DNA of 64,000 nucleotides from Lepidodermella squamata (taxonomy: Eukaryota > Animalia > Gastrotricha). Location: NCBI GenBank assembly GCA_047495785.1, contig JBLDXI010000033.1, positions 806,001 through 870,000 on the forward strand. The letters run 5' to 3'. The position numbers and the translations under genes were made by a program. Below are positions 23,176 to 36,913 of this stretch, piece after piece (position 1 is the stretch's first letter; every line of letters starts with the position of its first letter). Under the pieces are notes generated by a model. It made no database searches, had not been told where the DNA came from, and worked only from the letters and a program-made list of their open reading frames with translations.

Positions 23176-24936
23176 TCAAACTGGTTCTGCTACTAATTCA
23201 TCATCATTAATTGTTTTCAATAAGTAAGAGCCCTTCTTAGTATCGTAAGCATGCGGTTTATAAGGAACATAAGGCGAGTCATTGTCATGTGATCCTGTAC
23301 TTTCCCTGCTTGAATCAGTGTCAAAGGACTGACTCCTGAGCAAAGGTGGTTTAGGAGGTTTCAGCGTGGAACCAATATGAGGTGAGAAGCCTTCAGATTG
23401 TGCCAACTCAGACAACCAGCCGTAACTTCGCCTGCCTAAATTAGCCGTCACCGAAGCCTTCCAGCCGTAGTCTTCAACAACCTCAATATTGGGCATGTCC
23501 ATTTCCTGCCAAATATCGGTTGAAATCAACTGATCGTGAAGACTCATGATGCATGGCGCTAGGCTTTTATCCTCGCTGCTGGTGAAGTACTTTTTCGACA
23601 TGTAACGATGGCAAAAATAAAAGATGAAAATTCCATTGATTGCAGCATTCGCAACAGTCATAAAGCTGACGATTTCGTTGACGTATCTGAAAAAAAAATT
23701 AAATTAAAAAAATTCCTCCTTAATTAAAATTAATTTCTCACTTCATGTGCGAATTTTCATGCGTCTCCCGATGCATCAGACTCCACCTGTTGAAAAATCG
23801 AAATTATTAATTCGCTGTTAATTATTGGGAACTAACTGAATTTTGACCCATAATTGTGGGACATGGCACACGTAAAAGCTGAATATTGCGAGAAACATCG
23901 AGCAATAAATGATGTTGCGATCCTCGAGAACTGTTCGATGCAAATGAGTGCTGAGTTGCTTGCCTTTGGTTGCTTTGGCTAACAAACTCGACCGTTCGTC
24001 AACAATTTGATTCACTCGATCGCTCAACTGTATTGAAATCGCCTCGAGTTGATTTGAAATTTTAGCAATTGCCAGCGATGAGATAACGAGAGGGATCCCG
24101 GTTTGGAATATCAGGTGGCCCATCAGAGCATAACCAACGCGATACCACAATGTCCTGGAAATAGGCGTCTGGCTGAGGTGGTGAATAAATGACGAGCAAT
24201 TGGCATCTGGGTCAAGTCTCCCTAATATTAGGACTCCGACGTGATTCTCCCAAAGAGCTGGTACAGTCACAGCTGCTGAAAAAATCGCCATTCCTATTAC
24301 TGCGAATATCTTTGATTTAGTCACCCTGGACTTTTCCTTGATCTCGCCCGGCTCGATTGGTCTGGCGGATCTTCCGATATCTCTAGCGTGTTTTATCCAT
24401 TTCCAGCTATCAACAGCCGCTGCCATGATCAGCCAAGACAGCAGGAGATGGAAAAATTTAGCAGTTGGGAATAATTTCATAAATAAGTTGAGGTAGGACT
24501 TAGGCTGGACCTCGATAAAGTCCTTATCTGGAGTTCTGACATCTCGAGCAATAAGGGTGACGAGGGAAGCCAGTTGTAGCAGATCGGTTACGGCGACCGA
24601 ACATAGAAAGAATAAACGGCCGTTGTAGTACGTTGCTTGGCAAAGTTTTACGGCGCATAATAGGTTGAGAATTATGCCGATGATCGCACATGCCATTCCA
24701 GCATATCCTTGAAATTGGTAAATTATTGGCACGATTGATCTAGACCTTGAAAAATTGTTACCTGAAATGTAATGCGTGAATACCTCTAGGTCATAATAGT
24801 CGTCTGAGCCGAAACGAGACCGATTTAGCTTCACTTCCTCAATCAGACAGTTCTCCTCGTCGTCATGACCGAGCGATTTTACCACTGAAATGCTGTCGTC
24901 ACTGCGAAGGATAACATCAGTTATATTCTCCACCAT
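23176..24936 (-). CDS. Rhodopsin-class GPCR, FMRFamide/peptide-receptor-like (atypical), about 4 exons, long Ser-rich C-tail
   Basis: TM1 GIILN, TM2 SVAVTD, WYRVGY...IPL, TM6 VCHVP, TM7 NAAINGIF; a short exon at about 23742-23786 links the two ORFs. Confidence 0.8.
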
Positions 24937-27573
24937 GGTTGAGCAATATGAATTTTCGGAATAAAATGTAAATTTTAGGGCAAGCTTTGATCGATGGTCT
25001 TACACTTGAAATATTCTTCGTCTGCCAAAATCGGAGTGCACTATCAACTGCACTGTCAGCATTGTAATGGCTTCATTCTTTGACAGCTTGTCAATCGCAA
25101 AGGCTATTGAAGATGTCTTTTGAATACCGAAATTAATATTGGCATTTAAAAATATTAGTGCCAACGTCTAATGAAATGCCGGAAATTTTGAAAAAACGAT
25201 TAGTACTTAAAAAAGCTGATTGGACTTGAAAATATAATGAAGCGTGGCTGGATTTATTTATATATGTATTTCAATTGAATACAGCTGGAACTGCTGTCAA
25301 AGTAATTGGCTCAATTTTGCAGACAATCGTTTTTCTCTCAATTTTTATTATTAGATTTTGAAGATAATCGCTACGCACCCAGCGAAAATTAGCAACAAGT
25401 TTCGTTTGATCAGCTGCTGAGATGGAAATCCTGATTAAAATTTTGAAAAAAAATAAAAAAAAAGCAATCATAATTGCTATTGACCATACCCTAGAGTTGT
25501 ACCAAAACTTCTAAATTTTCCTGAAATTCGTGATTTTTCCCTTGCCTTCGGTTCCAACATTCGCAATCATTCAGCTCAGGTTACGGCAATTCAGTTACAG
25601 CGACGGTACCTATCGATTTATCTTCCGATTTTTCGTACAGAACATTCCTTCACCTGCAACATTTGGAAGGGCCCTAAGTTCATATTAGGGCATAGGCTAG
25701 ATCATGCATTGCGATTTCCAATCAAATGTCCGATAAATTGAAAATTAAAAATTCTCAACGTGTTTCATTCCGATATTTATTACGGAAATTCGATAATTCC
25801 TTTATATTTTTGGAGACGTCCCATTCGCCGAGGCCATGGGACCCAAATGAGCGCTCTTAGGGTCGCTCTCCAGTTGGACAGCTAGGAATTTCTATTACGA
25901 ACTGAAATAATATGACTAGATTCTGCGCTGACAATTGTGATATGCCCAATTATTTCCTTTAACTTTGCTCGAGCTTTCTTATTGACTCGCTAAATACATA
26001 AATAAATAAGAATTATTACGCGTTTTATTACGAAATTAATGTAAATATAGGAAAATATATAGGATTTATAAAAATATTATCACCACGGTTGTTATGAGTT
26101 ATCTGGCTTTTGCATGTGATATTGAAATCTTTGATATGGATAGTTGAAATGAAATTAAGCGATAATCTTTGAAAAATGGCCTAAACCGTGTCATTTTAAA
26201 GCCAGGTCAACATGACGCAAACCGACCCGTCTAAACTTTTTTCAAGAAATTCAAAAAACGTGTGACTGGTTTTTATTGCCGCTGCTGAGTGCGTGAAGAA
26301 GGCAATGTTCACGTGAAGGAGTGGTTTTTCCAACTCAAGCGTGGTGTTCACGTGCGAGTGACGCGTGCCAGCCAGCAGCTGAATCGCCGCCGGTGACCGC
26401 GGTGGCGTTCTTGTTATGGACTAAACATGCATATAATGCCCGAATTACCAAAACTACAGCATGTCGCGCGTGTTTCATGGGCTGATAACGGGCAAAGTCC
26501 ACATGAAACGACACGCACTAGCCAGCCATTCATAAAAACATGTGTGTTGCGTCAGGCTCAAAGTCCAACCGCCGGCCGCTGTTGTAGTTTTGCCGACTGC
26601 CGGCTGCCGCGCGAGATGATTTATAAAGCGGCCAAGTTTTTGCGTCGGCGCATTGCTTAGCGTAGGCTGACGCGTTTTTTTCATTGAAATTTTTCGTATT
26701 TAGCAACTTTTTCCTTCTTTTCGTTTTTAAGCTTGAGCTCGCATATTTGTAATTTTCGCAGTTTACCACTGGCTTGGCTTCATAGAGGAAGTCCTCAGTC
26801 TCTAGGTCAACATGCCCCTAGAATATTTTTTTTATTTTTATTTTATTTCAAATATTTTTCAAATTTCATTACTTCTTTTTGAATGGATGCCTAAAGCTGA
26901 AGACTGAATTGCAGACTTCAGTTTACAGCTAGCAATTAGTATAGGAAGTTTTCGATTTCCTAATGTCCCTCTTCTCTCACAGCTTTGACCCTAAACCGCC
27001 GGTTTGTTATAGCTATCATAACTGGTAATAAAATTTCAATAAACTGGTTAATTTCTTTCATTTTCAAAAACTAAATTTTAAATTCTAAATATTAAATTAT
27101 TTTTAAATCTAACATCTTTGAATCTGAATTTTTTTCTGAATTTTAATTTTATTGAGTTCTAGCTGGATATAAAAATTCAAAAAATATTGAAGCCATAAAA
27201 TTGCGAGAAATCATTTTGAAAATTTCAAAAATTATTGCTGGGTTGTAGTGCTTTGAAAACTCCAGAAAATTTAGATCTTGCCCATATTGTCTTTATAGTT
27301 ATTTAATTTGAAACACCCACATATTTAGAGACTATTTTACCGCATTTTAGATATTTTAGTATCAACCTACACGCGTCCTAAGTCGTGTTCTCCGTCGTGT
27401 GTCACCCGCGCTTTCCGAGATGTTACATCTGTTCGCACGCGTTTCTCGGCCCATATAAAGCCGATGAAAATATTTGACAATTTTTATCAAACTTGTTGAA
27501 CTCAAACCGTTTTAACAACATTTTCTAGTTGAATTTTTCTACTAATTTTTACTCAATTTCTATTCGAGAAAAA

Positions 27574-29150
27574 ATGGCTTTTACATCTCTCAACTGGTCT
27601 GTCCTTGTTGCTGATAAGTGCGACTCGGCTCTGATGGAAGGTTTGCGGCAATGGGGCGTTAAGGTGGTCGAATCTACCGGCCTCACCGAGGCGCAACTTG
27701 TCGCGATCGCCGCTCAGCACGACGTCATTGTCGTTCGAAGCGCGACTAAAATCACCCGGCCGATCATCGAAGCTGGCAAAGCTGGCGCGTTGAAGATCAT
27801 CGGCCGCGCTGGCGTCGGAGTCGACAACATCGACTGCGTGGCGGCGAACGAGCTCGGCGTTAAGGTGGTCAACACGCCAGATGCGAACACCCTGAGCGCG
27901 GCCGAGCACACCTGTGCGTTGATGATGGCCCTGGCGCGGCATGTTGTCCAGGCCGGCGAGTCTATGCACCGCGGCGAGTGGAACCGAACGGCCTTCACTG
28001 GCGTTGAACTCAATGGCAAGACGCTGGGTGTAGTCGGACTTGGCCGAGTGGGCCGCGAGGTCGCTAAACGCATGGCCGCTTTCAACATGACCCTGGTAAT
28101 TTTTCAATAAATTGTTTTGATTAACCAATATTTTAACTTGAAATTAATTTAAAAAATTTAAATTGTTAAATTTGCAATTTTTTATGATTGCGATAAGTAA
28201 ATGACGCCATATTAGTTCATGTTCCTAAGGGCTTCTTAACGCTCTCGCTTCTTGAAATAATTTTCTAGAAATTATTAAGATGGGCCTTACTTCAGCGACA
28301 TCTGTAGCCTGATGAGGCTAAGTGTTTACAATTTTACGATTACCTCATTTGTTCCTATAGCAGCCCGTGCTAATAAAATTTTCAACCATGAAATTTTGAA
28401 AAATTCGAATTTTTTTATTTCGAACCGACTTGAATTTTTTTAATTTTAATTATTTAGTTTTCAATTTTTAGTTATAAGAAAGATAAATATTTATTATTTG
28501 CTTCCGAGAAACCTTATATCGGAAAAATCACTGATTTGTAGCAGAAAATCAGAAAAAAATCAGAATCAGAAAATTCTTGAAATTTTAAATTCTTCGGTTG
28601 CGGAAAATTTGCCATTTTATAATTTTCGATTGGTCTATAATTCTATTTATTTTTCAAGATTGGCTACGACCCGTTCGTTCCAGCCGCCGTTGCTGAGGCG
28701 AATGGCATCAAGTTCATGAGCCTCGAAGAAGTGCTGCGAAACGCCGACTTCATCACCCTACACGTGCCTCTTCTCGAGGAAACTCGCAATTTACTCAACC
28801 TCAACGTCATGACCACCGTGTGCAAAAAAGGCTTCCGCCTCGTCAACTGCGCCCGCGGCGGTATCGTCAACGAAGCCGACCTGGTCGCGGCGCTGAACAG
28901 CGGCCACTGCGCCGGAGCTGCGCTCGACGTGTTCGACGAAGAGCCGACGAAAAACACGGCGTTGGTCTCGCACCCGAAGGCGATCTGCACGCCTCACCTG
29001 GGCGCCAGCACCGTTGAGGCGCAAAAGCGCGTCTCGCTGGAAATGCTGGAGCGATTGAACGACGCCATCTCAGCCGCTGCTAGCCAGCTGTCGGCTAAAC
29101 GCATGTCGGACGACGGCGTTGCGCCAACTGCGATGGCGAACGAGATGTAA
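27574..29150 (+). CDS. PHGDH: D-3-phosphoglycerate dehydrogenase, short form (~337 aa), exons 27574-28095, 28659-29150
   Basis: VVRSATK, IGRAGVGVDNID, NTPDAN, GLGRVG NAD motif, NCARGG, LDVFDEEP, TPHLGASTVEAQ. Confidence 0.92.
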
Positions 29151-30013
29151 AAAATCGAACTTGTTGTGCGAATTATTGACTGATGTTAATATTATTATTA
29201 TTATAATTAAAAAATATCCAATGCGCAGCGAACATTTTCGCCGTGAACTCGCCTATCGCACTGTCTAACACAAACAGAAATAAAGAAATTAGATAGATTT
29301 ACACGGTTTTTTCTGTGTGATCATTAATTATGCGATGAAGCCAGCTGCAGGTGGAATTTTTCGCTTTTGTTGAGCGCTGGATCGCTGTATTTTTTAAGGC
29401 GGAGTTATTTATTGATCAAGGATGAAAATGACCGTTAGCAAGTGAAAAGTAGGGTTTAACGAACATTTTGACGTGGTGAGATTTTGATGTAGCTTCGATG
29501 AGCATGAGCCGAACGATGTTAAAATAAGGGTTGAACCTACTAAGGGTTGATCACTTGCAGAGAAATTAGATTTCAAAGTACCAGTGAAAAATCTAATTTC
29601 GAAAAAAGTGCGCCTGAATAATTTGAGTTTTATTGCCTCAATTAATAATTCTGCACCTTTGGAGTTTCCCGTCTTTTAAGGAGGATCAGGCATCCTAGGC
29701 TATATCGTAGAGGTCTGAAGTTTGAAAATTTAAAATCCTCAAGAAAAGCTGAGTAATAACATCTTGGAATAATGGAATCGTCCATTTTCAAGTCAACACA
29801 CTTTTTACGATTGGAAAATTCAGAAAATATTCGCAAAACCCCACTTTTCATTCTCCCTCATTGATTTTCGGATTTTTCACGAAACGCCAACGCGCCAACT
29901 GTTGATTGACAGCAGGATTGAATTCGCGTATTCTTAGGAATTCCTATCATGTAAACATATGCAGTGCAGCTTTTTTCATTCTGCAAATTTTCTCAGCCCT
30001 GAAGCTAACAAAT

Positions 30014-33000
30014 ATGAGATTCGAAATAGCGTTATTCTTATCTATGCTATGCTACCATCCGATTCAAGGTGGTACTTTCTTCACTCGTTTGACTGCGAAA
30101 CGAGTTCAGCCAATCACAGGCAGTGGTCTCTCAGATCTATCATCGCTAACAGCTCGTTCAATCACCGCTGTCAGCGAGCCGAATGTCTGCGCAGCCCACT
30201 GCTCGAAGGAAAAAACGTGCCAAACAGCCATGTTACAACTTTCAACGAAAACTTGCACGCTTCTCACTTCACCAGCTTTCGGTTCGAACCAGGTTGAAAC
30301 TGTGGCGAACGCTGACTACGTGACGTTATCGATATCTGGCCGTAGTACCGCATCTCGAACAGCTCAATTCACCGGAGTTGATAATACCACCTACTACTTC
30401 AATGCTATATCAGAATCGGCGAAAAATCGTAAAAGAAAACTTTAGTTTTTAATTTGTTGAAAGATTTTCGGTTTCACAGCGACTTGTTGGGATAGGTTCT
30501 ATCCTAACAAACCATCTTTCAATGTCGAGGAACTGGGCATCAGCAGCAACATCATAGAGGATTTAGCAATGTCCTCTAGTTCAACCACAACAGGAACCAA
30601 TGCTGCATTCGGTGATCCAGCTCCCATGGCTAGACTGAACTCAATGACCGGATTCTTCTGCTGGCAGCCGAGCCCTCCTAATTTTGCGAACGAGTGGCTG
30701 AAATTCGACATGCAACGCTTCGTCTGGGTCACCTCTATCCGGTATCGAAGTCGTGCTGCCAATGAATTTTGGCAATCGATACGGCTTGAATATGGCTACG
30801 ATGATTACTTCTACAAGCGATTGCTTACTGGCTCAGGATTGGATAAGGTTCTGATCACCTTTGTTTCTAAAAAATCCTCACATTATTTTATTTTTAAGAT
30901 TTTGGATACTTCAACGTCAAGTAATTCGATGGTCAAGGTCGATTTGCATGAGCCATTTCTCGCAAAATTTATTCGCATCATACCTAACGCGAACACCAAT
31001 CCCGTTCAGCCGAATCGATGCATGCAATTTTCTTTCTTCGGCTGCAATGCCGCATGCACAGGTTTGAAAAGTAAACGCGAATATCAAAGTGTATTTATCT
31101 GAATTTGCAGAGCCTTTGGGCATTCAATCGATGGAGCTGCGCGACGCATTTTCGTGGGGTGCGCTGCAAGCTACGACATCCTCTGGCGGTGTTTCACGAG
31201 TAGGCCTCATCGACATTTCGAAGCCCACGCTGGTTAATGCGATCAGCATAGAGGCCTGTACTCAGGGTAAACGCATCGAGCGATTTTACGTTCAGTTCAG
31301 GTTGTCGGCTACCTCCGATTGGGTCGATGCGACGACAGACGCGGGTTCAAAGGTGCGAGAAATCGATTTTGCTTGATTGAGGTTAAGCCAGAATTTATTG
31401 TCAGATTTTCCCTGGCAACCAAGATTCCAATGGACTAGTCACATCGTTTTTCCAAGATCGACCGATCGCGGCTCAGTATTTTAAAATCGTACCGAGGCTC
31501 ACTTACGGCCAGCTGTGCTACAAAGTCGAATTGTTGGGATGCAAAGGCAACCGAATGCCTCGATATCTGACCAACCTCGCCAAGGGAGCTCCGGTAACCT
31601 TCTTCCCAAGAACTGAGCCCGCCAACACCCCGATGACGCTGGCTCAACCCTCCGCCCTTACAACGCCTCGAATGGGATCGGCAATGAGTGATGTTCAAAA
31701 CTGTTCGAAATTAGCAATTGATGTGCTGCAACCAGTCACTGCGGATCAATTCATGGCTACGATCGATCTTGGGTCGAATCAGACGTTCAATTCAATAACT
31801 ATTACTACGTCAAACCAGCTGCTATTTTCATCAGCTTTAGCCCCTGACAGCCTTTGGCTGTTTTCAGTTTTGACTGGTGGTGATGATTTGTCAATGAATG
31901 GAAACCATGCCGTTATTGGACAGGGTATTGATTACGCCGATGGACCTGATGGGAGGCCTCTGGGGGCGTTATCATTTCCAGGCGGGACAACACGAAATGT
32001 TTTGCTACCCCTGCAAGGTCTTGAAATCGATTTGAATAATGGTTGGTCTTGGTTCACCTGGGTTTACATCCTGCCCACAGTCCAAGAATCATCTCTGTTT
32101 CAAACCAATCAAGGCCCGTGAGTTATATATTTCTTTCAGGGAAATACTGAAGGAGAGTTTGATCTCATATAGAAGTAGTAACATCTTTGGGTGGCGAGTT
32201 ATTGTAGATCCCAGTGGCGTCATGTCTGTACAATACATCACGGCTGTAGATCTGCAATGGTCAATTAACGTAACTGTTCCAATATCTCGATGGACATTCG
32301 TTGGGTTCACATTGGATTGCCGAAGCGGCATGGCTAAGGTCTATGTTGACTCCTGGCCGAGATTCGCCCGATACGTTGGATGTAGCGCGAACTCTGTTCC
32401 GACCGGGGCTTATGCCCTTATCGGTAGACGGGGAGCTTTCGCAGGCAGAATCGCCTGTTATCAAATTTACCGGCGCCCACTTGACCAGTCCGAAATATCC
32501 GAGGCATCCTTATGTCCGTGGCAAGGTAAGACTTAGATGGTCTTTCGCAGTTGCCCCTGTTATTCCGGGATTTAATAGCTCCCCAGCCATATGCAATATT
32601 TCCGCTCAACTGTGTTACAACTGAAATTCTCCGCGGAACTTTAGCAATAACTACTACAGGATCTCCTTCATGTACAAAAATGGATGTTTACCCGTCATCG
32701 TAAGTCTGGTTTCCGAATATGATTTTCAGTGTTGGCATCGAAATAATTTGTTGCAGAGCATATGCATTAACTACCGCGGATTCTTTCTCAATATCAAACT
32801 CTGCATCCGAACTTGATCTCCAGTATTCTTTCACTGTCCTCTTTCACGTCATGGCGCCGACCAATCAGACGGGAATCGTATTTGGCTGGTGGAATGGTTC
32901 TACCCCAATTGCCTACTTCACGCTCTGCTACCCGCCATCGTGCTCACCCGCGTTCGTATTTCGATGCCGTAATTCGACAACTGTAGTAACGACAGCTAGT

Positions 33001-36000
33001 GTTATTGTTCCCTATCGGTTTGGTAGATGGTATCATGTTGGCGTAATGCATGACTTCGCAGGGAGACGATTGACCAACATCGTCTTTGAGGGAGAAATAC
33101 GCGGGGCAGCATCTGATTGTCCTCTACAGCTAGATGCTCCCAGTTTCCGTATCGGCAGTTCGACATTTGCTGGCTCCATCGCTTGCTTTCAAATATACAA
33201 ACACGGCTTGTATGAGCAGCAAATTCAAACAGCTCGGAGGTGCCCGATAACAAATGATCCATCGATGGAGGCTGGGCTGTACAATACGTATGATAGCTTG
33301 CTCAACTACGACCAGCTAGCCGACAACAGCAATATTTACACGGTCAATGGAGCTTCTTTGAATAACACTTATGGCATGCCTTTTCTAAAAAAGCATCATG
33401 TAGCCACGTTAAGTGGAACAGCAGCTTCACGACTTGAGGGGAGCATACCACTCGCGGGAAGTTTTCAAGCTGCGTCCTACACCATAGCAGCTTTTTACTA
33501 CCAAACGCTCTTGTCAAACAACAGGCAATTAGCGTTGTCGAATTCGAGTGCTGGAGGATTGAGGCAGTACACGAACGGGGTCAACAGTTCCGTAGTGCAG
33601 CTGTCGACATCATGCGCCGGACAGCTATCACTTCCCACGACTGGTTTGTTAGCTGCAAACCAATGGCGACATTACGCTGCAGCCCTTGACATCACGGGCA
33701 CAAACGTGAGATTCAAATATTACGTCAATGGCATGATGAGAATATCGCAAAATGTCACTTTGCCCTATTGTCCCGATCCCACCGCTGCTGGGAGAATTTT
33801 CGTTTCCGTGAGTTTATTTCGAAACGTTGAAGTAATCGATTTTTCCATACATTTTAAAGGATAACGGGCCGGATTTAGCATATTATGGGGGCGGAGTAGC
33901 ATTCTTACTTGCATATCAAGCAAATTTAGACCAGCAACTTGTCAACGAAATATATTCGCAGAGCCCGCCTCCATCCAAACGTAACTTTCGGAAAACGCAA
34001 ACATAGCGTTAATAAAATGTCTTTTTCTCAGTCCAAGGTCATATATGTTCGAGGGACTTAAGTTTTGGTGGTCTAATCACTGTCGGGATTTCGTCGTTCA
34101 AGACCATTAATGGCACCGATCGGAACTTCAACAATGCCTATCTGAATAGCGAGGCACCGGCTGGCTGGGTACCCAGTATTGACAGTTCTTCAAACTATAT
34201 TTATTTCAATTTCGGGTTTGATCGAATTATAACTGCAGTGGGCACCCAAGGTGATCCAGAAACGGGCAGATATATCACTCAATTCAGTATCCTGTACTTC
34301 AGTGATTCACGCAGAGGCGGCATATATTACGGAGACAGATACACTGGTGTGACTCGGAAGTTGTTCCGGGGGAATGACGATGCAACAACGGTTGTTTGGA
34401 ACCACTTCCGGCCATTCATCGTCGCAAAAGTCGTTGCGATATATCCAGCAACATGGGCAGCAGCAGGTATAGGTTTGAGAATTTCTTTCAGAGGCTGCAA
34501 CAGTAAGCTTGTTTAGCACTAAACATTAAGGTAAAATGTCAAGGCTTTTCACAGACATATTTTGCAACTTTAATCTTATGGACGAGTTTGTTCAATACTC
34601 GGCGTCTTCGGCAGTTGACAGCGCAAACATTGTACAATCCAGTTATCTCAATTCACCGAATGCGTGGACTGCTTCTCCAAATGATCAGTCGCCTTTCATT
34701 CAGTTTTATTTCATTTATAATAGCGTCACTGTTGTGACTGCAAGTATTGTACAAAGTGGCGTGACGGTCGGTGCTTGGATCCGGAAGTATCACCTCCGCA
34801 TCTCTGTCGATGGCTGGATGAATTGGAGCGGCGTTACATGGCAGAACAACGGTTCGCTGCGAATTTTCGACGGACCAAATAGCACCAATGGCGTCCAGAC
34901 TAATTATATTAAACCTTCAGTGATAGTCAGGGGGATACGACTCTTTGTTGAGGACTATGTAATAGCTGCAACCGGACGGTTTTGGTTCCTTGGATGTAGG
35001 AAATATATGTTTGACCCTGTTCCGCCGTTAGTGGGAATCAGATACTCTTCACAAGGGCCCACCGACACGAAATCGGCTCTTAACCTTTCACTAGCTGTTC
35101 CAGCTTCCGTCAACCTCGGCACTGGGTTCTTGAACAGGAGAGTTTTGATAGTAACATCGCCAATATCAGCCAGATACCTAACTGTGCTGGCTGATCGGCC
35201 TTCCACAGAGTTGACCCTGTGCCAAATATCGATAAGCTACGACAACGGAACTAATTTGGCTGTGATGCAAAAGGTTTTCTCTTCTGCGGACATAACTGCC
35301 GTAACTGCAATAACTGCAATAGCTGCTATAACAAGCACTTCAAAAGTTTACTGGTTTTATGTTGACCTTGGCTTGGCAAGACCTGTTTCCAAAATCCAAC
35401 TCCTTAGAGCTGGCTCTTCAGCAACAAGCTGGCCAGGCTACGATCCAAGCCTTGTTGCGACGGCAGCCTGTTCCCCGACCATTCTAAACATGACTTGTAG
35501 CGGCACGAAGATTATATACCCGCAAATGGCGTATTGGGGCCGCGACTCGTCGTCGCAATGTGGCACCCCAAATGGAGCATGTCCCACTGTTAACAATCCG
35601 AAGCTTCTCGCGACGATCGTAAATGCCTGTATTGAGAAATCAAACTGCTCCATAGTGAATAACGGAACAGTTTTTGGTTCTTACACGGACGATCCCTGCC
35701 CGGGATTCCCCAAATACAGCTCCATCAGCTACGTGTGCATGGAGCGTAAGTTTTAAAATATGAGCGATAATTTCTCAAACTGACATTCATTGAAATGCCT
35801 TTCAGCTGAAGATGTAAATCCGGGTATCGAAGTTCGCGTGGGTGATAACATCGGAAATCTGACTTCAAATGCGATATGTAGTTTTCAATCCCTCGCTAAC
35901 GCTATTTCAATCTTGGGCTCGGTGCATTTCGAACTATATTGCACTCCCCCAATTTCCGGACGATACGTCATAGTTTCAAAACGATGGAGTTCAGCGTTGA

Positions 36001-36026
36001 CGTTCAGCGAAATTCGAGTTTTTTGA
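30014..36026 (+). CDS. Large secreted mosaic lectin-like protein (PAN, 4 F5/8C, 3 LamG-like, F-type-lectin-like, SUEL), 12 exons, ~1,800 aa
   Basis: Signal peptide; PAN CAAHC...C...C; discoidin motifs (EWLKFD, FIRIIP, ELLGC, TQG); LamG motifs (WTFVG, YVD, FAGRIAC.QIY); SUEL (LNMTC, AYWGR, DPCPG.PKY); 11 short introns keep the frame. Confidence 0.85.
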
Positions 36027-36913
36027 AATATCTGCAAGCTAGACAGTATATGTGGCTTCAGTTGTTTTATCAAGAGCACCGTAACTTAAGCGATGGTGTT
36101 GAAATAAAACCAGCAATGTGCTAACTGATTATAAAACGATATTAACTTGATGAATAAAGCACCCTATGTCAGTTTTTGCCACTTGAACGAATATAATTTG
36201 ATAGTTTTCGACTATTCATGCTCAAGAAAGGCAACTTCTGGACGATATGTCATTGTTTTCAAACACTCTCAAACACCTCAATTCTGACTTAGAGCGAAAT
36301 TCGAGTTTATTGAGCAATATTTCAGATATCGCTGCGGAAAGTGTGACGGCAATTTGAGATAAAGATTTTGGTTGGTAATTTTTAGCACTATCTTGAACAA
36401 CTTTTTTAAACCTTAAATACCAATAAGTACTCATTTGAAAAACAGTACCTATCATCTCATTTTCCATGATTAATAAAATAAAATATTCGTGGCTCTCATC
36501 AATATTTGTGGCTTTAGGCTTTCAGACTGTCAATCAATTCCAGGGACAGCCTAAAGATCGACCAAGTTATGAAATGCTACACTAGAAACAGGAGCCAATC
36601 GTAGGATTGAACTATAGAGAAGCTATAACTAAAAAACCAACAAACTGCGCAAACACAATGTACTTACAAAAAACTCGATGCTTCAAGGTTAAATGTTATT
36701 AAATTTTCCTGGTGATCAATAAAATCTAGCAGCCGCATTGAGTAATGATTAGCACCCACCTGTCTGCTGTTTATCGACTCTACATTGCGTCAAAGCTAAC
36801 GTTGTCAAGGAAATAAGATTGACAGAAGATGCCTGCCAATCGATCAAATCAGAGAGCTCCTCCTAATCAAAGCTAGTACAGCTTGTTTCATCAGATTTTA
36901 TCTTGATTTGGAA

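Noticed and set aside
27553-29024. Long antisense and alternate-frame ORFs over PHGDH
   Set aside because: Shadow ORFs of GC-rich coding sequence
35290-35335. 9-bp coding microrepeat (ITAVTAITAIAAIT) in the lectin
   Set aside because: Simple in-frame slippage; no further significance evident
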